Assembly: GCA_012295275.1 (NCBI GenBank)
Contig: CM022669.1
Coordinates: forward strand, 6,944,001-7,008,000
Length of the DNA: 64,000 nt
Reading direction: 5' to 3'
Source: Chrysomallon squamiferum
Taxonomy: Eukaryota > Animalia > Mollusca
The position numbers were made by a program, and so were the translations under genes. Positions 1 to 11,239 of this stretch are shown here, one piece after another (the first letter of the stretch is position 1; each line of letters opens with the position of its first letter). The notes under the pieces were generated by a model that ran no database searches, had not been told where the DNA came from, and saw only the letters and a list, made by a program, of their open reading frames with translations.

Positions 1-40
1 ATAATGAATTTTGATGTATCTCTACTTACAGTGGTGTGCT

Positions 41-233
41 AATCAGCATAGCTGCACACTGAAAATTGATTATGACGTGAGAAGAGACTGGATTCACACC
101 ACTGCTACGTACACATTATCATGCAGATTCTGATGGAGCTATACGCAAACATAGACTGGTTCTGCGGTACACTTTCGAATACCCAGGCTGGTTCACACTT
201 ACCCAGTGACATTTACTAAAAATCTTCCTCGTT
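41..233 (+). pseudogene. Degenerate partial copy of the neighbouring GPCR gene (TM2-TM4 region)
   Basis: Aligns by eye with 2610-2865 (cactgaaaattgattatgacgtgagaagagactggattcac vs cactgaaagtagattacgacgtgagacgagactggattcac; tggttcacacttacccag vs tggttcacactcacccag), with deletions, frameshifts and a stop. Confidence 0.85.
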
Positions 234-266
234 AAGCCCCTTCTTTACAGCTGACAGGAAACGTAT

Positions 267-652
267 TATCAAGAGTAATTTCATGATTATAATTTGTAAT
301 ATGATTATATGTAAAAATCAGGCGATAATATTGTAAAGAACAGCTGCTAGGAACTGTGACATATTCATACGCGAACCGAATTACTTCTATGATTTAATAC
401 GTATGTTATTCAGGTTTGATTTTAGGTGATACTGACGTCAAAATTGATAAATAAATCAGTAAAATTAAAAGAGAAAATAAGTTGTACTAAAAGAAGTAAC
501 ATTTTTATTCATTCACTCTTCTTTTGGCGGAGTAATCTGATCATCAATATCGGGAATTTTCGTTGCATATGAATTTTATCTTAATATTCCACCAAATAAT
601 CGATAATTCTCCATTTGTACACAAGCCTTGTTTGCATGGGGTGATGATTTTT
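267..652 (+). repeat. Local ~300-390 bp repeat, copy 1 of 3
   Basis: Shares blocks (aataaatcag..., gttgtactaa.agaagtaa, tttattcattcactc, tatcgggaattttcgt) with 3867-4150 and 4535-4880. Confidence 0.8.
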
Positions 653-1238
653 GCTTATTCAATTATATTATTATTGTCTTTAGTTTAATTATTATAATTT
701 ATTTTATTGTATTTCATTTATTTTATTATTATTATTTTTTATTTTATTCTATATTTTTTGTTTTGTTTCATGAATTAAAATAAATATAAATCATTTATTC
801 AATCATGCCAACTGCCTTTAAAAAGAAAGGTTTCATTAGTAACATATATCACATCTGAATAAACTACTACTTCCACCACTACCAAAAATTCTACTACTAC
901 ATTAATGCAATTATTGTTATTATTATTATTAATATTATTATTATCATTATTATTGTTATTATTATCATCATCAATACTATTATTATTATTATTATTATTA
1001 AGGCGTGCTTGGAATATTAGCTGGGGCTTGTAATACAAGAAAACAGATACTGTATCATGATAAGGAAACAATAACTTCAAGTATATTTGGTCTTCAGTGT
1101 TTGTTTACAGGAACTTTATCTCGACATATCTAATTTCCAGAAATACATACTTCACGTGACCAATACTTGTTACTTGTCAAATATGGCGCTACTTATAAAT
1201 TTTAGGGACGAACCAAGAGGAGGTAATTTAGGTGACAA

Positions 1239-1281
<43 letters not shown>

Positions 1282-1582
1282 ATTAAAAAAAAAAAAAAAA
1301 CATACGTAAAATTACATGTGAAAAATAGTGCTGCATACTGTGAGCATTCTAAAATCAGAGAAAGATCAAAGACTTGAGTCTACGTATGAGAGATACAGGA
1401 ATTTAATTATTGTTATTTTGCAATATCTAAAACTTAGAAAACGTACGTCTGTATATTTTATGTGGAAATTTCACTGACTTAACACAATTGTTTAATAGTT
1501 AAGAATCATTTTAAATAGTATAAATTTAGCACTATATTATACTGCATTACCTTTCTAACTAATAATATGATGAGAAATTATA

Positions 1583-1664
<82 letters not shown>

Positions 1665-2184
1665 CATAATATTATGTAGGTATGAATATATGTACAAATG
1701 CTTGCATATGTCTATGTCTGTATGTATGTGCGTGTATTTAATACTAAATATATCATCTTACGGTAACCTATTTATATCAGAAAAAGATCCTGACCTGTAT
1801 TTATTTATCCACCCCAGAATATGTACCAGATCGGCCCTTGAAGCCATTGTATGCTGAGAAAACGTTTACGTTCTTCGTACTAAGATTACATTCAGTCAGT
1901 GTGTGTTACTGTGAATTAAACTATCAGCGTGAAGGGTGAGTTGTTTTTACTATGTGTAGTAAAAATACTTTTCTTTTTTTTTCACACTTTAACTATCACC
2001 AGCAATATTTATCAAAATATATTCTGTTATGATACGATATTTTAAAATATTATTATTATTATTTTAAAATGTTGTTTACTGAACTAGATAAATATAATAA
2101 TTATAGAGGGATTTGAATTCTAGCAACATTATCATTTTTGTTATTGTACATATACAGCCAACCTGTTTTATTATTAACAAGTCT

Positions 2185-2223
<39 letters not shown>

Positions 2224-2403
2224 TTTTTTTTTAAAAATTTCGCTAGAATGTTATATATTGGTAGATATATCAGATTTTCCTATGATTGTCCAATATTTCA
2301 TTCTAAATAAACATACAAACAAAAAAAATTTAAAAATAAAAATGAATAGAAGTGAGATATATACTTTTTATAATTTATTTTAGATAGAACTCTCCTGACA
2401 GTC

Positions 2404-3459
2404 ATGAACGCCAGCACCATCAACAATGGCACCGTAAATACTGCAAACGAATCGTTAGACGAAATTAGAAAACTGTTGTCACGAATGCATCTTTCGGCTG
2501 CCATTTTTACCTCTGTAAACGCCGTTTGCATCATCGCCGCTAACCTGCTGCTGGTGACGACAATTCTGACGTCGAGAGAACTGAGACACAAACTAAGAAA
2601 CATCTTGATAATCAGCACAGCGCTCGTAGACTTAGCTGTCGGAGTTTTCGGCTGCCCACTGAAAGTAGATTACGACGTGAGACGAGACTGGATTCACCAC
2701 TGCTACGTACACATTACCATGCAGATTCTGATAGGTTACGGGGAACTCTGCATTGCCATGTGGAACCTAGTCACAATAAACGTAGACTGGCTACTGCGCT
2801 TCACTCTTGAATCCCCAGTCTGGTTCACACTCACCCAGAGACGTCTGATCAAGATTTTCCTCGTTCTGTTGCCTTGGTTAAGTCTCTTCTTTCTGCTGGT
2901 TCCTTTAATTTTCCAGGGTCTTCATCGCCAATTTGCACTCGCAATGTGGACAGACACGTTCTGTCCGATATGGCTTCAACTTTGGACTCGCGGTTTTCTT
3001 CTCGTTTTCAGCTTCTATGTGCCAACAACCATTATCTTCGTGGTGAACCTAATATCGGCTGTTCGTGCACGACGACTAAAACCTGACACGCAGACAGCAT
3101 CTCTTTTCGGAATAAAATCCAGTGAAGAGCGGCTGTCCAGGTACGTCATTATAAACAGTGTCTTGGTCTGTATCGTTCTTCCTTACCAGATATTCAACGT
3201 TCTCTTTTATTTCAAAGGGATGTCAGTTTCAGTAAAACGTTTGCTTATTATGTATGCCTTTTCTCGGCTGGATGACGCCAGGTCCGCAGTACTTCCCGTC
3301 CTTTGGCTCTTTCTTTTGCCCGATTTACGAAATCAAATGAAATATTTATTAATGAAAACATCAGTAATGAAGAAGAGAAACGCAAATAGTTGTGACGATA
3401 AAGTAATGGCTTACCACAAAAATGATGTTGAGAAATTTTGCGATGATGCAGACATTTAA
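2404..3459 (+). CDS. Class A (rhodopsin-like) orphan GPCR, 351 aa, intronless CDS
   Basis: N-terminal N-glycosylation sequons (NAS, NGT, NES), seven hydrophobic segments, TM1 Asn (AANLLLV), TM2 Asp (STALVDLAVG), ECL1 W..C, TM4 W, ECL2 C, TM5 FYVP, TM6 CIVLPY. A splice acceptor lies just upstream (~2383). Confidence 0.9.
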   Translation: MNASTINNGTVNTANESLDEIRKLLSRMHLSAAIFTSVNAVCIIAANLLLVTTILTSRELRHKLRNILIISTALVDLAVGVFGCPLKVDYDVRRDWIHHCYVHITMQILIGYGELCIAMWNLVTINVDWLLRFTLESPVWFTLTQRRLIKIFLVLLPWLSLFFLLVPLIFQGLHRQFALAMWTDTFCPIWLQLWTRGFLLVFSFYVPTTIIFVVNLISAVRARRLKPDTQTASLFGIKSSEERLSRYVIINSVLVCIVLPYQIFNVLFYFKGMSVSVKRLLIMYAFSRLDDARSAVLPVLWLFLLPDLRNQMKYLLMKTSVMKKRNANSCDDKVMAYHKNDVEKFCDDADI

Positions 3460-3866
3460 AAAATTAAAAAAAGAAAAAAATATAATAAAGAAGGAACTAA
3501 AATAATAACATTTACTCCTTCAAAAATTCAATTATTTAATAATATTTTACGAATATAGTCGGAAATAAAACCTTTTTACGATTTATTATTCGAAATGAAA
3601 TGACGATCACCTTCTTTCAGTCTAAAAAATCGAAAGTGAATCCATTTTCATTGGGACAAATTTACCATCGATATCTGGACTTTTCACTCAGACTTTCAAC
3701 ACTGTAATGAAAAAAATCCACTCCGAGAAACGATCCTTCCACACATGAAAAATTACATCTGTTGTTTTCCCTTTCACCATCAGATCTTCGAGACTTGTTA
3801 TTGGAACAAGACCACACAACACATTTCATATATCCTTCGTGAAATTTAGTTGAGATGAAAGATACT

Positions 3867-4150
3867 ATCACTTGTAATTTCATGACTTTAATTTGTTGTA
3901 TCGTTATTTGTAAAATCAGGCGGTAACATTGTGCAGAACAGCTGCCATGGACTGTAGTACTTTCACATACCCGAGCCAAATCACTTCTCTGATTTAATAT
4001 GTGTGTTATTCATGTTGAATTTAGTTGGAATTGACAAATAAATCAGTAGAATCAAAGTAGAAAGCAAGTTGTACTAATAGAAGTAAAAGTTTTATTCATT
4101 CACTCGGCTTTCGTCGGAGAAACCAGCTCATTAATATCGGGAATTTTCGT
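3867..4150 (+). repeat. Local repeat, copy 2 of 3
   Basis: Colinear similarity to 267-563. Confidence 0.8.
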
Positions 4151-4264
4151 AAAGCTGCGTATGATTTAATTATTATTATTGTTATTATTATTATTATTGT
4201 TGTTATTATTATTATTATTATATGGTTTCGTTTTCGTTTGTTTTCTTTTATTGTTGGTTTTCAT

Positions 4265-4357
4265 TTTTTACTTATATGACAAGCATCACTACAGTTAATG
4301 CTATCTTGCTTTGTTTTCACCTATAATATCCATTTTTAATACTAAATCAAACAGTGT
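4265..4357 (+). repeat. Short interspersed repeat fragment also present at ~47095-47188 and ~56640-56731
   Basis: Identical core tttttacttatatgacaagcatcacta plus a similar downstream ~65 bp in all three places. Confidence 0.65.
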
Positions 4358-4534
4358 AAAACTGCAATAAAAACAAGAAAATTAAATATATCAAAGTTTT
4401 GTCATTAAATCTTAATAAAATTGTTTTATTTTTTAGGGGGAGATTTATTAGTTTGATGATTACTATTTGAATTTTTTATATATATATTTATATATTACTA
4501 ATGACTTCAAAAAAGGTTTTTCTAAATGAAAAAA

Positions 4535-4880
4535 CTCATACCGGATCAAAATTACGTTTATGATTTAATGTGTATATTAATCACATTGGCTTTTAATAGA
4601 AATTAACATCAGGAATGATAAATAAATCAGTTAAGTTAAAAGAGAAAAAAGTTGTACTAACAGAAGTAAAAATTTTATTCATTCACTCGGCTTTTGGCGA
4701 GAAATCTGATCATCAGTATCGGGAATTTTCGTACAGCTCCGGAAGCGGTTTGCGCAGCGGCATCTAACGACAAATCAAGGGACATAACTCGAATAACCGC
4801 ATTTCATCTTTACTTTCCACCAAATAATCGATGATTCTCCAGTTATATACAAGGCGTTTTAGCTTGAGGTGATGATTTTT
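4535..4880 (+). repeat. Local repeat, copy 3 of 3
   Basis: Colinear similarity to 365-652 including ttccaccaaataatcgat.attctcca and ggtgatgattttt; carries an extra GC-richer ~60 bp. Confidence 0.8.
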
Positions 4881-4907
4881 ATTTTATTATTGTTATTTAT
4901 TATTATT

Positions 4908-4941
<34 letters not shown>

Positions 4942-5065
4942 CGCTTTTTTATGATTTCACCAATTCAAATAAACTGAATAAAAATTCATTTCAACAACAA
5001 AAAAAATAAATATATAATTTAAAATAAAAATAAAAATAAAAATTATAATATAAAGTGTTCGGGCT

Positions 5066-5623
5066 TGGGGCGTAAAGCCACGTACACGATAAGGGGTCCC
5101 GCGCTCTACACCTTGCACAGACTGTCCGAAAGGGTGCGGCCATTATCGGCCATGATCTACATTCTAGCCCCATGTCCTACACATCGCACGTTGGACAGTC
5201 GTTTATGTATCAGACAGTCAAAACCTGGTGAACTACTGACCATAGGAACTAGAACCAAATGAAACTTAGAAAGTTTCTTGTCGGCATAAATGTGTGTGCG
5301 TGTTTGTGTTTATTTTTTCATACCATTGCCGTACTGCAGTTTGGATAACATGTGCATCCGTATGGTAATGTGTATATCAAGAAAGATAACTCTTGTTTAT
5401 TGTAAGGTGACAATGATTATTGCCCCTGTATATTTACTCTAATATTGTAATATTTGTGTAGATGCATAAAAAGAATAACAAAACAATAGAGTAATTTCAC
5501 CAATTTCTTTTTTTTATTTCTTTTGAATGCAAACTGACAAAAGACATGATTGTCAAATATATCATAAATATTCAACCATTCATCATTTCATGCCACGCAT
5601 ATTTTACAATGAGGAGTGAATCA
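5066..5623. repeat. Left inverted terminal repeat including hairpin (5066-5192)
   Basis: 5180-5623 is the diverged reverse complement of 9331-9766 (ccataggaactagaaccaaa vs tttggttctagttcctatgg; acaatgaggagtgaa vs ttcactcctcattgt). Confidence 0.92.
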
Positions 5624-5748
5624 GATTTCATCAATATGCAGTTTGGATAACAAGTTCACCCGTACGGTAATTTGTATATCTTCATGGGAGATAACTCCAT
5701 GAATGGACATATTTAATACAAAATAAAATCTCTCGATATGTTATTTGA

Positions 5749-5815
5749 GTCACGTGATTTTTAAAAGTCACAAAACTGAGCATTCTGAATTTTATTTTTC
5801 AGACGCCATTTTGAA
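5749..5815 (+). promoter_or_regulatory. Putative element promoter: E-box (GTCACGTGA 5749-5757) and YY1-type motif (CGCCATTTTG 5804-5813)
   Basis: Both motifs lie between the left ITR and the first ATG at 5930; function is inferred. Confidence 0.45.
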
Positions 5816-5929
5816 ATTTGGAAATCATTGTCTTAAAACATGTTGTCGTTACGCGTACTAATTTAAAAGGTAAAGTTTTTATTTATTATTTTCATTAGTA
5901 TTTTTTCGATAAATTAGATAAATTACGAT

Positions 5930-7023
5930 ATGGCAAGTGGTGGTGCAGTACCTTCCCCGTAACCGGACAGGGTCAAACTTGAACGACTTCTGTTCCCGGT
6001 ACGGGTGATTTGCCATGCGAAACCATTCGGTGGAGGTGAAGTTCAGTACAACTCCGACACGAACGTTGAATCTTCTGAACCACCGAAATTCCTCATTAAG
6101 CTTGTTCCTTATTAGGGAAACGACGGTCCTATTTTACAAACGGTTTGTCTGGTTCATTACATTTGAATTTGTGAAGAGCTCGCCAAGCCACATGACATTC
6201 GATTATCAGTATCCAACGGGTAACCGAAAGAGACCGTTATCATGGTTGACACTTCATCCGATCTTTGTATTTCATAAAAAGAATAAGAACTATCGCTTTC
6301 AGGAAAGATTCATTGTTAGGCTGAATACGACTCGGATCTTGAAACGAACGAAAGAGGACCTGTACGACCAGACCAACTCTGTAGTTATGTCTCCGTCTGA
6401 GACTGTGCCTGGTACTGTGCCTCTGAGTAGTCTTGACATGGTTCCTGATAATAGCTCTCAGAAATAATCGTCTTACTGGCTAAATTATTGGAAATGTACA
6501 TACGACCAAATAAAATATTTGGTTCGACAACCTGGTTTGAATCGAGTAGAGAAATTATATACAGAAACTAAATTTACTAGTCGAAGTGATTTGATGAAAT
6601 TTGTCATTAAATTGAATTAATCGATAAGTCGATATAACAGTTTGATAAATTCAAATCCATTTTTAAGTTTAATCTACCTGATATTAGACCATTTATTTTT
6701 TAAAATGTCTTACAACTTGATCGTAGCTTTGATGAAGGTTATATCAATTATTATCGTGTCGTACCAAAGAAACGGGCAAAAGATCAGCCATTGCATTTGT
6801 ATTGTTTAATAACCACGACCGAATACTAGCTGAGAATAGCACAATTCCGCCTAATGTATTGGACTACAGAAAGAGATTAGACAAGCCACTGGAATTCGAT
6901 ACAGTGCCTAAGAATCCTTTCGCATATTCTTTAACAGAAATATTGAATTGGTACGAAAATGCCAATTCGATAACTCCTGGTGATAACATTGACAAGGTCT
7001 TTGGCAGCAGCTTTGGCCGGTAA
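5930..7023 (+). pseudogene. Element ORF1, unknown protein (NS3-like position), disrupted
   Basis: ATG GCA AGT GGT at 5930, coding-like composition, ORF fragments 6015-6467 and 6802-7023 broken by stops and frameshifts; no motif recognised. Confidence 0.5.
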
Positions 7024-7499
7024 AACGGCGACCAAAGTTCTCACAAGAGAGACTAAAGATGTTTAGAAATATTACTAAGACGTAATTTGGAGGTTGGTAT
7101 AATTACTCAAATCTGTCCAATAGACTTTCGTTATAACGAAGAATTGCATCCTCCTCCTGACTCTGATAAAATGCAGTATAGTTACCATTTGTCTCGAAAG
7201 AAAAGATCAGTTAAGACTTACTGCTAAAACTATCTCTTGCAGATGTGCTAAATCGACAAGACCAACAGATTGAATTGCTAAGTCTGGACATTTGTTACCT
7301 TCAACAGGCAGCTTAATCCAGTGACTTCTGCAAATAGAGAAGATTGTTCAAAGTGACTGCTTATTTTTTATTTATTCATCTCTAAATATTCATTCATCAT
7401 TTAAAAAAAAAAAAAAAAAAAAAAAAAATAGCTTCAGATATTTATTATAGCATCATAATATTCCCGAATAGTCGTAATGACAGTAAAAACTGCGAATTG

Positions 7500-9266
7500 C
7501 AACAATTATTTTCGGGAAGATACTTATGATTAGAAATAAGTTCAACAGATATGATAAAAATGACCGCATGTTTGTCATTTGTCAAAAAAGATGTTACTCG
7601 TCGTAAAGTGTTAAGCTGGAGTACCAGTATGGAAATCTTGCAGAATATTCCACAAAAAGTGAAACTTTTCTAAACAAAACAAAAGCCTTTTTTATCGATT
7701 ACAGGAATTTCAGGAGAATTTGCATTTGATTCCAATAGTCAAAAAAGTCGACAAACTTTGTAAGTTTCTCACACTGTACGAGTAGGCCTTCCACAATGCA
7801 AAGATTAGTCATATGCACGCTGTGTGCAATATGTCTGGACTTGGGCACACTGTCCATCATGATAAAGAGTTTCGTGCCATGATTAAAGCTGCATAAAAAG
7901 CAATGTTTGATATAAAAAGTGCAAACAGTTGTAGATATAGAAGCCTACTTAAAGTATCGAAAAAGACCAAGTCATGGCTACTTCTATCTCGGAACAAACT
8001 CTGTACCACTGAGGGAACTGTGTAAAATTGCCAGAAGATTGTTCAGATATGGAAATTTCTGAACATATTCTTGAAGATATTTAAATGGATCTAAGATTCA
8101 ACGATACCGAAGGAGACGAATGGGGGCCTCCCGATATCTGGTCCTATGACAATATGAGACGATCGCAAGCAGACAACGACTTCTTCTCAGATGCAGAACC
8201 TGGAACCAGTTATGCCTCTTTTAACCCAATGACAAAGTGATGATTTTGCAGGCGATTTTGAAGAGAAATCACGTCTTCCTCAAATGATTGTACCTAGACG
8301 AATTCAATCGCGATCAAGACAGTCTTCAACCAGAAATGCTTGCCTTGAATAAGATAATGAATACAGTGACATATATCAACCGTCGTGCAAAAAAGTGAAA
8401 TTAAACGAAAACCTTTGTTCTCAGACATTCTCGAAAATAGCGAAGCGACCTGAGAGAAACAATTGGTCGACTGGGTTCTGCAAAATCGATCGAAAAGTGA
8501 TGAAATATGCGGAAAATCAGGACCAGGATGATTGGGAGGTTTCAAATATTTCAAGATCAACACCAATTATCAACGAACAATCAAAGAACTTTAGGCCACA
8601 ATGCGAAGTCCAACATTTGAAAGTTTCATAGAATTTCTTCGACAACGAGAGAGGCCAACCTCCGTCAATGGCGTCGCATCAGAAGAAGAAAGTGCATTCA
8701 ACTTCAAACAATGGTTGATGTTAGCCAATTTAGATGCTTCCGATTTCATACGTAAAGTATTGGCCATTTTCGAAAAGATGGATGTTCAAAGATCCTGCAT
8801 TTTCGTTCAATGCCCAACCACTATAGGCAAATCCTATTGGTTTATTGAGCCTTTTACATTGTTATCGTCGACCGTTGTAGGACGTGCTGGAAAGGACGAA
8901 AGATTCTTGTTCGAATCTTGCGTCAATAAAAGAATAATATTAGTAGATGAATGTATCATCACGAAGGCAACGGTCGAGAGATATAAACGCCTTCTAAGAG
9001 GTAACGATGTAGAAGTTGAGATAATATGCCGACCACCAGAAATACTTAAAAAGACACCTGTATTGATGTACTCGAACTTTGAGGACGACTTCGCTATCGA
9101 AGCAAGGATGTATCGATTCAACATCATAGAAGATCCGTCTGTTTTAAAAGCATTCCGCACAGACGCTAAGTTTCCTAACCCTAAAATATGGGTATTGTTC
9201 TGGAACTACTTCAATTCCAAAGGAGTTAACATTCAAGACGAAGCCAATTGTGAGTTCCTTGACTGA
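7500..9266 (+). pseudogene. NS1/Rep-like HUH endonuclease plus SF3 helicase, disrupted (start approximate)
   Basis: YE*AFHNAKISHMHAVC (HMH at 7810-7818) and EAYLKYRKRP (~7940-7970, candidate catalytic Tyr motif). ORF 8601-9266 has Walker A (QCPTTIGKS, G to C decayed), Walker B (ILVDEC), B' (KRLLRGNDVEV), motif C (TPVLMYSN) and the arginine finger (EARM). Confidence 0.9.
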
Positions 9267-9330
9267 ATCAATGTTTATTACACGGATAATAATTTTCCAA
9301 CTCAAGAATATTACGACCACTATATTCATA

Positions 9331-9887
9331 TGGTTCACTCCTCATTGTATAATACGTGTGGCATGTAATGATTGGTTGAATATTTGATATATTTGACAAT
9401 CATGTCTTTTGCCAGTTTGCATTCAAAAGAAATACAAAAAAAAAAAAAAAAAAAAATTGGTGAAATTACTCTATTGTGATGTTACTTTTTATTATACAAA
9501 TATTACAATGTTAGAGTAAACATACAGGGGCAATAACCATTGTCACCTTACATTAAACAAGAGTTATTGTTCTTACTGACATGCGCATTACCGTTCGGGT
9601 GCACTTGTTATCCAAGCTGTAGTACGGCAAATGATATGAAAAAAAAAAAACAAGCACTCATTTATGCCGACAAGAAAATAAGTTTCGTTTGGTTCTAGTT
9701 CCTATGGTAAGTAGGTCACCAGGTTTGACTGTCTGATACATAAACGACCGTCCAACGTGCAATGTGGGGCATAAAGCCGCGTACGCGATAAAGGGTCTCG
9801 CGCCCTACACCTTGCACAGACTGAAAGGGTTCGGGCATTATCGGTCACGATCTACATTCTAGCCCCATTTCCTACACATTGCACGTT
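9331..9887. repeat. Right inverted terminal repeat including hairpin (9754-9887)
   Basis: A perfect 13-bp stem AACGTGCAATGTG (9754-9766) / CACATTGCACGTT (9875-9887) encloses further imperfect pairings (ggggc/gcccc, cgataa/ttatcg, ccct/aggg). Confidence 0.92.
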
Positions 9888-10470
9888 TATAACAAACCAT
9901 AGGTAAATGTAAGAAATATAATTTTTAAAAGTAATTATATAATGTGGATTAGAATCAAATTTAGAATTTATACATAGGGGAATAATTTTACAGCATTTTC
10001 AATTTTCAAAATCACACTTTAAATACAGATCGGTGGTATATACAGCAAAACAAATAATGATAATTAAATTTTCAAAGTTTTGTCATTAAATCTGAATAAA
10101 GTTGTATTTTTTCCATTCAATTTATTATGTTTTGATGATTATTATTTTAAATAATTTTATATATATCCGACTTTAAAAAGTGTTGGTTAAAAAAATTAAA
10201 ATATGTTACAAGACCTTTTTTCACCAAGATGCAAGGAAATAAACTGAAATTTAATAGCAGATAGAATTTAAATTATTTTATTTTTATTTTATTTTATTTT
10301 GTTGTTGCTGTCGTTTTCAATATGGCCAACCACTGACAAGATTTATTTTGCTTAAGCACACATATAAACAATTTCAGACACAATTAAATTTTTAATTTAC
10401 AATAAAATTAAATAACACAGAAATGATTCTTAAAATCTTTATTGTTGTCATCACAATATAAAAAAAAAAA

Positions 10471-10501
<31 letters not shown>

Positions 10502-11239
10502 AGTAATAATAATTGTAGAATTAATAAACATGATTTTAATTGGTTTTACATGTTGATCTAATGGGCAGTGTGCTAAAAATAGCATAAAGTTTATATGTAA
10601 CTGAAATACAGAAAATAAAAATACTGATTTGCAGGAAGTAAATAGTTTGGTTTTCATTTTATTTCAACTATATTTCAGTGGATAATATTGATACCACAAA
10701 AGTCCAATTTACATATTCATAATTACACATTTTCTAACATATCTGTGAAAAATACTGAATTTTATTCAACTTAATAACATCTCTGGTTTTGCGGATGTAT
10801 GAAAAATATGAATAAATTTATTTGAATAAAAAAATATGTAACAAATAATTAAAAAGTATATCACTGAGGACATGAAAAGAAAAAAAGGCAATAATGAATA
10901 GAGGAACAAAATGTTGTCAAGTACCATGTAACAGAAATTTATTTTCCTTTCAAAGAAAATTAAAACCTTTTAATAAATGAAATACTTGCTTGTGCAAATG
11001 AGAAGATAACTCCAATGTATATTTCTGAATTATCTAACCAGTTGCTGTGACAATATTTATTTACAACAGATTTATGTATATTTTGATCAAAAAGACATCT
11101 GCAGAAAATTATCACTATTACAAAGGAAGAAAATAAAAATGACCCTCCCAAAAAAAAAAAAGAAAGGTGCAGTTATACAATTATTATATACATATTTTTA
11201 ACATCATTTATCAATAAATATGTCCACAGTTAGTTAGTT

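Larger units (their letters stand above)
5053..9887 (+). mobile_element. Endogenous parvovirus-like element (hairpin ITRs, ORF1 and NS1/Rep; no capsid gene visible), decayed
   Basis: Long inverted terminal repeats with terminal hairpins enclose HUH (HMH) and SF3 helicase motifs; multiple stops and frameshifts. Confidence 0.9.

Noticed and set aside
8294-9338. Minus-strand ORFs inside the element as an ambisense capsid gene
   Set aside because: They are short antisense shadows of the Rep coding region with no capsid features.
5053-9887. Helitron or Polinton/Maverick identity for the element
   Set aside because: The helicase is SF3 rather than Pif1/SF1, there are no TC...CTRR ends, and no pPolB or integrase motifs are visible.
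5043-9892. TTATAA near both ends of the parvovirus-like element as a target-site duplication
   Set aside because: The left copy is not flush with the element end, the right copy overlaps the hairpin stem, and the hexamer is common in this AT-rich DNA; undecidable without an empty site.
4380-10180. Direct repeat (4380-4510 versus 10060-10180) as LTRs or a long TSD of the element
   Set aside because: The copies lie hundreds of bases from the ITRs and are more diverged; better explained as older host duplication.
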